From: Dimorphilus gyrociliatus
Lineage: Eukaryota > Animalia > Annelida
Direction: 5' to 3'
NCBI GenBank assembly: GCA_904063045.1
Contig: CAJFCJ010000007.1
Coordinates: 2,549,404 to 2,613,403, forward strand
DNA: 64,000 bases
Below the pieces are notes generated by a model, which saw only the letters and a program-made list of their open reading frames with translations, did no database searches and was not told where the DNA came from. Numbering within the stretch: the stretch's first letter is position 1; every line of letters starts with the position of its first letter. Position numbers and translations under genes: made by a program. Below are positions 10,150 through 22,201 of this stretch, piece by piece.

Positions 10150-12436
10150 TTACAAATTTTGTTTACGAGCAGCGCTTCTTCCCCTGCGTCTATTTAACGC
10201 CTCAGAATTTAATGCTTCGCTCTTGTTTCTGTTAACTGGAGTTGGTCTGACTCGTAGAATCCTTTTAGGAGTTTTTATAGATACGTTATGTACTTTAGCA
10301 AGCTCCTTTTTTATGTCAGATTTTGATTTTAGTGTTCCGCCGGTGTAGTTTTCCATTTCCTTTATTTTTTTACTTGAGCGCACATTTCTCAATAGCTCCT
10401 TTGAACTATTCATTTTCCTCTCAGCACGTAGTTTGGATTGTTCATTCGACGAAGTTCTTGAGATAGGCTTCCTTGGTTTTCTAACATCACAATAAACTGT
10501 CTGGCCGATTGAGTTGGATCCGTTCGTGTCATCGTTGTAATCACTTTCCATATCATTTCCGGCCAACTGGACGGGAGATGGAGTAAAAGAATTTTTTAAG
10601 CGGAAAGTCCCCGTAGCTCCTGTTCCACTCATTCTTCTATTGAATTAAAAACACTTTTAAATATCATTACTTATTAATCAATGTAATACTTTATAAGTCC
10701 CTTCTCTTCAGCATTTTTAAGTGCTCGCTTTAGAATTAGCGAATTCTTCGTTATGTTGAAATTGGGATGAAACTCATCTACATATTGCTTGAGGCAACGA
10801 ACAGAGCACTCTTTTGGTTCATTGCAGGCGAGAATTGCATTAATTATCTTTCCCATGAGATCATTATCTATTACGAAAAAGATAAATCAATGATTTCGAA
10901 AGTTTTTTAATGGTAAAAAATGAACTTTGAAAGAAAAAAACTTATAATATTACACAACCATTTGATGGATTAAACGATGATATTTCCAATTGTATTTTAT
11001 CGAGAATTGTGGACTTTGAAGTTGCTTTTGACCAATATCCCTGACCAACACCACGATTCAATACATTCATTAACCTACATAGAAACATTGTATATTATAT
11101 AATATATAGATTATATTTTAAATACGAACTTATTCTTGGTCAGGCTAATATTATAGAATCTCTCAAGGTAATTGCATATTTTGGATATGCTTGTCAGCTT
11201 AGGCTCGCAACAGAAGCACATAGCCATAGGAAAAGTATCCTCAGCTCGAGTTGGCTTACTATGAATAAGCTTGTAAGCTAGATGGAAATGGTTGCTACTA
11301 TATGATAGATTCATTAGTATTTATATGAATAATCTACCTGACGCTTTCTTTGATGCAGTTTTTTTAGGTTCTTTTTTAATGATTGCTCCTTTCTTCTTCA
11401 AATTTAGTCTTCTGGTTAACTGAGTAATTTTTTGTTTTGTTTCTTTAAAATTACTTCCACTAGTTTTCTCTTCATCTGCTTCGATATTATTTTCACTGTT
11501 ATATGAATTATTCAAATCGGAAGCTTGATTCCTTTCGTAGTCTTCGATATTTTCCATTACATTAGATTCATTGTCAGAATCGGCAGTATTTAATCTATAC
11601 AATCCAACTTTTCCCGTACTCTTTACTTGTTGAATCACGCCACTATCAACTCTCGCCTCTAAAAATTTTTTCAAAGCTTCTGCGTCGAAACTCTCCATAG
11701 GAAATTTTGTAGTCAAATGATTTTTTATGCTTGAAATACGCATTCCTTTGCTTGGATTTTCCTCTTGTTTTAAAATCCCCAAAATAGCTTTTTCAAGCCT
11801 TAAAGTCGAATCAGATTGACGCAATGGTTTTCGACTATTTACTCGAATATTAACTAGGGCATAAAGTGGAGAAGACGTTTTAAGACTAAATCCTTTCTGG
11901 AAAAGCTTTTTAATCACCTGAATTATAGATAAATTATAGATATATTATTTAAACATATGTCAATTTATTATTTTTTCATACTTTAGCAAAATCTGTCTTC
12001 AAAAGCACGGGTCTGTTACTTTCTCTGCACCAATTCAAGTAGTTTTCATAAGCGTCACAAACTGAAAAATTAGGTTGTTCGCACTCCTCAAGATGTTCAA
12101 GAATCCTTTAAAAAGTTAGCAATAAAATAAAAAAATTGAACTTATCTTTAAACAAATTACCAAGTGGTAGCAACAGTATCAGTCCGATTTAAAGTTCTTT
12201 GCCGCTTGTTACTTAGAACTTCAACTTTTTCAATAATTCCATTGGATTTTGAATTTTTATGCCTCATTTTGTCGAGAGTTTCAGCCTTTTTTACTTGAAT
12301 TGTAATTGGAAAAGTTTGTCTGAAAATGAGAACGAGTTAGCAAAAATAAGAGTGTTTCGTTAAATATAGCGCGCAAGATGTAAGATTTGTTTCTAAACAG
12401 CAAACAACTTAGTAGTAAATTTTTAAACTCAGACAT
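10150..12436 (-). CDS. HP1BP3-like protein with three H15 linker-histone domains, an N-terminal RFX-type winged helix and a basic tail
   Basis: In-frame exons give WILEHLEEC...AYENYLNWC...DFAKVIKKLF, then H15 domains ending KSTGKVGLYRL, containing FPMAMCFCCEPK, and containing AILACNEPKECS...RMSGTGATGTFRL, as in HP1BP3. The start is uncertain (ATG at 12436 via an 8-nt exon, or 12267). Confidence 0.75.
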
Positions 12437-12679
12437 TTAAATAATGATTTCTTATATCGTTTCAAAAGAGTTTCATTGGGTTTTTATCAATTAGTAAAGT
12501 TTTATTAAAAGTTGAAAATTGAAGATATTACATCAGTGATATTAACTCTAGTCACAGAAAATAGCACCACCAAGAATAAATGCGCGTTGGTGATTGGTTG
12601 AAATTGAAAATGCATGTCGGGATAGTCAAAGGAGGAAGAAGAGAAATGTTTTGATGGAAGTTTTTTCTTTTTTCTAGTT

Positions 12680-15336
12680 ATGGCAGGACCAACGAAGAAT
12701 TTTATTAGCCAACTCCGGGGCGCATTTAGTGAAGGAAATGCTGCTCCCAAATTAGTTATTGATAAAAAGACAATTGAGCGAACATGGAAATTGATGGACA
12801 AAGTGGTAAAACTGTGCCAACAGCCTAGAATGAACTTGAAGAATTCACCGCCGTTTATCCTCGATATACTTCCCGATACTTATCATCATCTACGTCTAAT
12901 TAATACTAAATACGAAAATAGTCTACAAATTCTTAACGAATGCGAATATTTCCGTGTTTTTATCGACACGTTGCAAGCTAAATGTAAGAAAGCTATTAAA
13001 GTGTTCAAGGAAGGACGGGAGAGATTATTTGACGAATCGTCAAATCATAGAAGACATTTAACCAAACTCAGCTTAATATTTTCTCATATGCTGGCGGAAT
13101 TGAAAGCTATTTTCCCCAATGGAGATTTTATCGGGGATAGCTTTCGAATAACGAAAAGTGATGCGGCAGACTGGTGGAAGAAAACGTTCAACAGTAAAAC
13201 TGTTGTTAGTTGGAAAACTTTTAAAGATATGTTAAATGAGGATCACCCCACTGGATCAACTCTTGAAGCTATGGCCCTGAAAACAACAATTGATTTGACG
13301 TGTAATGACTACATATCTATATTTGAATTTGATGTCTTCACAAGGTTTATTTCTAAAAAATTAGGCTCATTTTTGATAATCGAAAAACATTTCCTTTCAG
13401 ACTTTTTCAGCCCTGGCACAAACTACTACGTAATTGGAATGCTTTAGCTGTAACTCATCCCGGCTACGTGGCTTTCTTAACATACGACGAAGTTAAGGCC
13501 CGTTTACAGAAATATAATAATAAACCTGGAAGGTAAACAGCCTCTTTCTCTACATTTTAAATTACTTCCAGTTTATTGTTACGCCTATTCTAATCGATTC
13601 TAAATTAGTGTAACTGCCTCTTTACTTCCCGTAGTAAATGAGGATGAATGTTATTTATTTAAGTAATTCAGTATGCTTAACTAGCTCACTAATTCGAAAG
13701 TCGTGATAAATACATAAAATATCTTTACTATCTTGTGTAAATCTATAGTTATATTTAGGCACAAAGTAATATTTTTTATCGCAGAAGTCTTTAAATCTAT
13801 CAGTCATATTTTTAATATTTTTGTCCTTTTTACAGTTATGTGTTCCGATTAAGTTGTACCAGATTGGGACAATGGGCTATAGGGTATGTTACACCAGAAG
13901 GTCAAATTTTACAAACGATTCCTCAAAATAAATCGCTTTGCCAAGCTTTACTAGACGGCCAAAGAGAAGGATTGTAAGTGTATAAAATTAAATTTTAGAT
14001 AATTGAAAAATGCTCAAGGCTTCGTCCTCGTTTTTAAAGCTACTTGTATCCGGATGGCAGACAAGTAAATCCTGACTTGAGTCATCTTGTTGATGATTTA
14101 AGCGAAGAACGAATAAAAGTGACACAAGAGCAATATGAGCTATATTGTGAAATGGGATCGACTTTCCAGGTAAAGTTTAAATGATAAGTTTTAAATGATA
14201 ATTGAGAAGGTAAACTTATCAAAAATGTTGACTTTACAGTTATGCAAGATTTGCACCGAAAATGATAAGGATGTAAAAATTGAACCTTGCGGTCATCTTA
14301 TGTGCACTCCTTGTCTAGGAAACTGGCAGGAAACGGAACATGGAAATAGCTGTCCCTTTTGTAGAGCAGAGATAAAAGGAACAGAATCCGTTACTCTAGA
14401 TCCTTTCGATCCATCTAAGGTTCGTTTCGAAAGTCAATACTTTGTTATAATTAATTAATGATTTGCAGATGAGAAAAAAAGAGAAAAATGACAAAGATTG
14501 TAGACAAACGCCTCCAAGAGATCAAGACGATGAGGAGGAAGCAGATAATTTTGAAGATTTGTCACAGTGGCGTGCGTCTCCTCGAATGGAACAAGCCCCT
14601 CAAATTTTGAATGGTTCTCCTCATAATATGTCTCCTGCCTCGAACAGACGGGCACCTCCAGTCCCGCCTAGAGCTTCGCCACGAGTCTCTCCCAAAGCTC
14701 CAAGACGTCGTCTTCCACCTACACCAAGCAGTGATTCAGATGAAGCTTCAGATGAATCTTCTATTCCACCGCCCTTACCGCTAAGAAACGATCGACCATC
14801 GCAGGATCAAAATGAGCAAGAGTCAAGAGGAAAAACAGCAGAAGGCGCTACCGCATGCCCCGTAACTACAAAAAAGCCATTACCTCAACCTCGCGGAGTT
14901 ATAGAAAGCAGTAAATCTCTTGATGCTCACGATATTGGAACAACTTACGATGTTCCGTCTACTGCTCGCTGTGTGCCCGTAAATCATAATGATAATGGTC
15001 TAATTCCAAGAGGTAATTTGGATTATTATAGAAATAAATTTCAATTAACACTTTTAAATGGTTTTAGAAGCGGGTGCTTCAAGCAATCTCTCCTGCAAAC
15101 ATAAAGTGCCGAGTGAATACGACTTTCTTCCTAACACGTCAGCATCGCCGCGTGTTTCAGCATCAGGAGGAAGCACCGCAAGTTCGACAAACGAACAAGA
15201 TGACGATGATAACTTATTAAATAAGTTAGTCAAAGAAGGCTTCGACAAAAAAGATGCTCAGAGAGCTCTATCAGTTGCTAAAAATGAGATAAATTTAGCG
15301 AGAGAAATATTAATGGAGTTTGCTACTCGAAATTAA
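12680..15336 (+). CDS. CBL: E3 ubiquitin ligase Cbl (TKB, RING, proline-rich and UBA regions)
   Basis: [62 protein letters not shown]...[10 protein letters not shown] and a C-terminal UBA ([15 protein letters not shown]). Confidence 0.97.
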
Positions 15337-15397
15337 ATTGCACTGTTTTGCCATAGAGGTGGCTTACAGCCTTTGTGATATTTGGCTACTTACTGAT

Positions 15398-15406
15398 TTT
15401 ATTAAA
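15398..15406. terminator. Overlapping poly(A) signals on both strands between the convergent CBL and RBCK1 genes
   Basis: TTTATTAAA reads ATTAAA on + (15401-15406) and AATAAA on - (15403-15398). Confidence 0.4.
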
Positions 15407-15605
15407 TTCTATTTTAATTGTAAAAAATTAAGTCTACAGCGTATGCTCTTACATATATAATACGCTGTTTCCGAATTGTTACCCATCTTATTGCCACAAA
15501 CGGTTCTTAAAATTATGCAATTAATCTTTGTCTATTGCTCCTGCATTTGTTAAAGAGAAAGATTAAAGAATAAAAGCAGAATCATTTCTGAAGGTATTCG
15601 CTGAT

Positions 15606-17484
15606 TTAATGACAGTTTCTACAATTTGGATGGCACCGTTCACCATTTTTTCCACATTTACATCCGCCAGTTGTATCTCCAGTACCCTGACAGAAAAGGA
15701 AAAGTTATATTTGATTTCAAAAATGTTAGGATTAAGTCTTACCCCTGGTCCCCATCTGCGTCCTTTAGTTGCCCAGCAAATTTCGGTTTGACACATAGAA
15801 CACTTTATCCAATCGCAACCAGCTTTTTTGGATAAAACTATAGAACAATTCGGACACTTCATTGCATCGCCAGTTTTGATCAAGTTCATCAGCTGTTGAT
15901 GTGTTTCGAATGCGTCTTTATCATTCTTAGCCTTTATACTTAAATCTTCCTGATATGTTTTGCAATCTTGATCTTCATGAATTGCCTTACAAGTGAGACA
16001 GTTGTTGTGGCCACAATTTTCACAAAAATAAAAATTCACATTATCATCGTATTCGCACCACCCGGGACAGTCTACTGTTTTACAATGGAATGCCTGATCG
16101 CCGGCTCTAGCCTCGGCCACTTGCAAACTTCTTTCATTAAATTTATTATATTCCTCTTCGGTAAGTAATCCCCTAATTTCAGAATGAAGGATATCAGCAT
16201 TGCAAATAACTTCAGAGTCTCGAAAAGGGCATTTTACTTCCGGAGACAATGTATTTTGGATTACCTGCTTTAAACATTCTTTACACAATTCATGCAAACA
16301 TTCTCTCAAACAGACACCTTCATTGGCAGGAATAGTATCGAAGCACACAGGGCACTGAAATTCACAATTCGAATAAACAAGAGGAGAATCATATGCTGTT
16401 TGATAAGTTTTAAATGTCTCATATCTAACAACGTCACTAATAGCCGAACAAGTGGCTTGAAGTTCACTCTCTACTACATCTGCAATACGTTGTTCATTTA
16501 GCCATTCTTCCTCTTCCTTACTCATTATGTAATCATCAGGAATTTTGTATGACTCCGGTCGTGAACTAGTACACATCTGGCAACCTGGTCTCGATGGAAA
16601 GTTATTAAATGTACATCTCTCACATTCCCATCCCTGTTTCTTTTCTTTAGCATTTCCAATTCTTTCACTTGATTCTGACTCTACACAGCTTTCTATAGTG
16701 TCTTCCGTATTTTCGCTTATTGAATTATCAATGTCAGCAGCAGCTTGTGCTGAATTTTCTTCCTTGAAAGAAATTAAATAAAATGAACAATTCACACAAA
16801 CAAACAAAAAGAAAAAGCAATTACTATTTCGTGTGGTAAATACTTTTTGTATTTTTCTCTCAAGTTCTCAGTGTCACTCAAATTTGATCTATTAATCAAA
16901 TAAAGATAAATAACTGATGATTTATTCAGGTTGTATTTGCTTAGTGTATCGCTATCAGCAGGTAGTTCTGTCTCAAATATCCACCTTTGTAGCTCAGGGA
17001 AAATACCATATTCACATAGCATCTTTAATACATCAGAAATCAAATTATTAATGCTAGATATTTTTTTAATAATTATGTTGAGAATTTTATACAGACCATA
17101 TACTTCAAATCTTCGAATGTCATGGAAGGTCTAACATTCTTTTGGATTTTCACGCCATCTGCATTTATACTCTCAATGACTATGTCCAGTCTGTGGATTT
17201 ATTGTGAATAAATTCTAAATGATTTGATTAGTTGATCATTTATTAATAACTAACGGAAATAATGTTTCAACATCGTTTAAGTCGTCTTCTTTCGGTTTCG
17301 GTTCTATGGTCATCAAAATATTTAATCCTCTCTTAGCTAAATAAACCGCGTATTGAGCCGCATCTTCTAATCTTGAGTTAGAGATCGCGTCTCTTAGTCT
17401 TTCAAGTATATCCTGACAATTTGAGGTATAATGTTCATAGTTAAGAAGCAAATCTTCCTGAACTAAGTTTATCTGCTGCTCCAT
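15606..17484 (-). CDS. RBCK1: HOIL-1/RBCK1 RBR E3 ligase (LUBAC subunit)
   Basis: LTM-like [24 protein letters not shown] (PELQRWIF), NZF ([20 protein letters not shown]), RING1-IBR-RING2 ([10 protein letters not shown]...[14 protein letters not shown]) and terminal GGCKC...CHPNCRNCH. Confidence 0.93.
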
Positions 17485-18248
17485 TTATAACAGTCTTGAC
17501 GCATGCGCAGAAGAAGAAAATAGTGGAGTAAAGAAAAACATTTTTTTTTATTAGACTACTTTTTTATATCAATATTCAGTGTATCTAAAACAAATCAACA
17601 AACTGTTAGTCGAAATTTTCGCAAGAGAATATCAAGATGAATTTTTGAAAAGACATTTTCAAAAGACTTTTGCATTTGGCGCTATACGGAAATGCCCGGC
17701 TGCAATGGGCGAGTTTATCTTGTAAATATTACAGCGATGTCATTTATCCAATAAAGTTCAATAAATAATTATATCTATAAACGGACAAAATTATTAGACA
17801 ATAAAATATCAATTTGTCATAATCTACTATTTTTTTAAGGATTATATAACAAAATATGGGATAAACTTTGTTAAATTTAGGATACAAATATCTCTGTAAC
17901 ACCTGGTAATAAATTGCATTTAGACTAATCTATTTTGAAGGTTGTTTGACGTACTCGGGTCTGTTTTTCTACCCATTATTACTCATAATTTGCATTTTCC
18001 TGCAAATTTTACTGGCCCTAATTTGTTACTAGCACCTTTCGTCAAAATCAAGGTTTCCAGAACCAGGATTGGAAGCGATAAAAGGACAAAACTGATTATT
18101 TTTGTTCACGTAAAGTAATGGATATCCGCCCCATCATTAATTCAGAACGAATAGTGAAGAATATTCTAAAAACTACACAAAAATTAAAGTCAATAAGTCA
18201 TCCTAATAGTGTTTTTAAGAGTATTTAAGGAAAAATCTGAAGAAAATC

Positions 18249-19046
18249 ATGAAATTCCTTGAAAATGCAAAATTCGAGGCTGTAAACAACTTGCTGTGTT
18301 TTGAAACTGGTGAATATATAGTTGAAGGAAGAATCGAAAGCTATAGTTGTAAGATGACTGGACAAGATAAAAGATTATTCAGAGTCGTTAGTAGCGATCA
18401 AAAACCGTCCACCTTGCAAGCTCTGTCTCCGCCTGAATCAGCACAAGTGCATGGACCTCATCATAGCCCTGGACAGTGTAGCAGAAGTATTAGCAGTGAT
18501 AATGGCGTACTTTGCGATACTGTTTCAACTAAAACTCTATTCTACTTGATTTCAACTTTAAATGAATCTTTCCATCCCGATTATGATTTTTCTCAGGCTA
18601 AAAGCCACGAATTCTCTCGCGAACCTAGTGTTCAATGGGTTGTCGATGCAGTCGACAATCAGCTTCCTGCAGCCGCAGGTCCACGTAATGCTGCTCTTAT
18701 TAAAGATCGATTATGGGGAACTCTCGATGAAGAGATACAATTGAACGATTGCGATATTTACAGCTATAATCCCGATTTGTCTTCCGATCCATACGGAGAA
18801 GAGGGTTGCGTCTGGTCATTTAACTATTTCTTTTACAACAAAAAGTTGAAAAGGATTGTTTTTTTTACTTGTAAAGCTCAAAGGTAAGTTAAAAAAAGTA
18901 TTCTCTCTTTTATTTAAACTTTTTTATTTATTACTTTTAAAGCACTTCTTTTATTTCCGGTTTTTGTTTCTTTTTTTTGTTACAGTATTACGAACACTCG
19001 TAATTACGATGACGACGATGATATGAATCTGGAATTAGACGATTAA
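18249..19046 (+). CDS. MAF1: Repressor of RNA polymerase III transcription MAF1
   Basis: MKFLE...[30 protein letters not shown] and [18 protein letters not shown]; the acidic tail is in a short last exon. Confidence 0.97.
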
Positions 19047-19473
19047 AAAAGCTGGATCCCTTTATTTTTCTTTCCTAACTTTTCGTTTGAACAAGAATCG
19101 GTTATTTAGTGTGTTTACATATATATATATATACTTATATTATATGTTAATAATACCTATGTATCAAAGTTATGATCTGCATATACCCACCGATTTTGTG
19201 AAAGATTTTCCTTCATTATGCTGTCGTTCTCAGTTTAATTCTTCTATCATCTCAGACTATTTGTATTATATAATAAAATAGCAAATAACTCATTAAATGA
19301 GCGATGAACGTCCTTATAGGCCAAAACGTATTGATTCAGCAGACGAAAATGACTCATCGTTAGTGGCACAAAGAAAACTACCCTTTTCGCACGAAATTTT
19401 CAGTCGCTAGAGGGCGCGCAATCAGTCTGAACAAACGCCACAACAATCTTTTTATTAGTGATTTCGACGAGTC

Positions 19474-21469
19474 ATGAACGGTAACTCGAACGGAAATTCG
19501 GCGGTAATCGAAGAATTACAATGGGAGGTGGGACTAGTGAATTTAGCCGGTAGGTATCTTACGGCAGAACAATTCGGATTCAAGATAAATGCCTCGGCGA
19601 CATCTTTAAGAAAGAAACAACGCTGGGTTATTGAACACGGTGAAGAAGATGTTGTCTATATTAGGTCTCACTTGGGTCGTTACTTAAGCGGCGACAAAAA
19701 AGGCAATGTCACTTGTTGTTCGGAGACGAAGGGACAGCAAGAACAATTCGTTATTGAATATTGCCCTAAGAACTCCGGAAGATGGGCAATTCGAAACCGG
19801 TATACATCCTATTACTTTGGAGGCAACGAAGACTTTTTGCAGTGCTATGAGAAAGAACCAACTTCCGCCGAATGGTGGAGTGCTCATCTAGCCGTTCATC
19901 CACAAATTAATTTACGAAACGTCAATAGAAAGACATTCGCTAGACTAGAACACGATAGTCTTGTCTGCAGTGAGACCATCCCTTGGGGTTGTGACAGTTT
20001 AATCACTATTGAATGGAAAGGTAACGAAAAAGAAGCAAAATACGCTGTTAAATCAGCTGATAACCGGTATTTGCAAAACAACGGAGAACTTTCACAGAAT
20101 TCATCTTCGGCAACTCTCTATCGAATAGAGTTAAGATCTGGGCAAAATGGAGGTCTGGCTTTTAAAGACAAGGACGGAAAATATCTTACAGCAGTTGGCA
20201 AAGGAAAAATACAAGCCAAAAATAAGACCATAAGCCGTGACGAATTGTTCGTACTCCAAGATAGTCATCCTCAAGGAGTAGTGACCGCGCATAATGGCAA
20301 GAATGTGTCAATTAGGCAAGGTAAATGATTAGTCACGTAATCTAGGGGAAAAAAGATTAGACGTAGATAAAAAAAATACAAAATGTATAAATATATGAAT
20401 TTACCTGGATGGACGGCCAAGTCATTTGCAGTTGTCTATTCGATCAATAATATAAGTTAGGGTGTGGCAATTTGCAGTATCTTATTAAGCTGTTTTATTA
20501 TACATTTATTTATAAACATAGAATTACATATTTTCTACATAATGTATATTTAGTAAGTGGAAACCTATTATACTTAATCATTGTATGGTAAAAGTTACTT
20601 TGTTACGGAAACAATACCAATTAAGATAACACGAACAATGTGGGTTTAATGTTAAACAGAATAAAAAGTTTTTGACATTTAATTGTGTGAATAGGAGGAA
20701 TTTGTTAATTTTTTTTTGTTGTTGGTTATTTATAGGTGTATCCTTATCGGCTAATCAAGAACGAACGGAAGATGAGGAGACACATCAAATTGAATTTGAT
20801 AAGGGAACTGGTGGATGGTTGTTTAGAGCTGGAAACGGAAAATTGTGGACGGTTGTCTCGGCTGGTATTGAGGCCACAGCTAGTAAAAAAAGTATTGAGA
20901 CCCTATTCGACCTAGAATACTTCTCCGATGGATGGATGGCTGTTAAAGCAAGGGCTAACGATAAGTACCTCACTGCCAGGGGAACAGGAAGTTTATCTGC
21001 CTCTAGTTCCTACAAGGACGGAGATACTGAAAGGTTTTTATTCACTATGATTAACCGACCTATAATTGTGCTACGTACTGAATACGGATTCATGGGGTGT
21101 AAAACGGTGAATAATCCAAAAATTGAATGTAATAAGACTTCTTACGATACTCTTTATCTGGAGACCGTAAATGGGCAATACTTTATCAAAGGTAACGCAT
21201 ATTTTCGCTTGTAAAAGCTATACCAATATTTTATTAACATTGTATATTCATTGACAGCAATGACGAACGGTGAATATCATTATTGGGCAGTTGCAACTGA
21301 CAACAGCCTAAACGCCGATTCCAGCGAACCTTATCCATTCTATTTGGAACACTCGTCACAAAGTAAATTCGTTATAAGAACGCCGGAAAACGTTTATCTG
21401 AAGTGTGAACAAAACGGAACAGTTACGGCAAAGGCGAGCAGACAAACCGCTACACAAATCGAATATTAG
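19474..21469 (+). CDS. FSCN: Fascin actin-bundling protein (4 beta-trefoils)
   Basis: GRYLTAEQFGFKINASATSLRKKQRW, HLAVHPQINL, GKNVSIRQG|VSLSANQ and MINRPIIVLR; 3 exons. Confidence 0.95.
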
Positions 21470-22007
21470 AAAAAAAAACTTTATTTTTCCATTCCAAAAT
21501 AATCGTTTAATCGTTAGCTATATTAATTAGAGTGCTTTTGGTACCGCTTATAGCTTTCAATACTATTTTTCTCTTTTTTTCTTTATTATTATTATTGTTA
21601 TCAACGATTTTTCTCTTTTTACTTGTGATTTTTTAAACAATTTTTCGGCCTTTTTCTCTCCTTTCTGTATGATTTTTAACAATACTATTACTATTTTTTT
21701 TTGTGTATACGTATTTAAAAGTATTCAAATAAATAAAGAAGGACCAATTTTTCTTTATATCAATATAAATAAATCGTTCGTTTTCTTCAAGATTCGTTTT
21801 TTTTTCAGTGCAAATACGAAAGTATATATATAACTATATATATCTTTATATATAGATATATATTGTTAAATATACGCAATAAGAGGAAAGAATATCACAG
21901 TCACTACAATTTTTTGGACAAACATGAAAAAAAAACTCGATTAAAAACGATATTTTAAATCGTCAATAAAGTTTATAAGAGATAAGAGACGTTTTTTTGG
22001 TTGAAAT

Positions 22008-22034
<27 letters not shown>
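22008..22034. repeat. (AG)n microsatellite, about 13 units, flanked by poly-A/T and (TTTG)n tracts
   Basis: Directly visible tandem repeat in the fascin/ANKRD inter-3' region. Confidence 0.9.
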
Positions 22035-22038
<4 letters not shown>

Positions 22039-22201
22039 AGTGTATAAAAAAATTAAAACAAAAAAAAAAACATGACAAAAAAAACCAAAAAGAAAAAAAA
22101 ACAAAGTTTGCCAAAGTTTTTTTTTTAAATCTTGTTTGTTTGTTTGTTTTTTTTTAGTATTATTAATAATAATTAGCTTCTTTCGTTTGTTTCTCTTTGT
22201 T

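Noticed and set aside
20398-20410. TTACCTGG resembling the U1 snRNA 5' end in the fascin intron
   Set aside because: No downstream U1 stem-loops or Sm site; the motif is too short.
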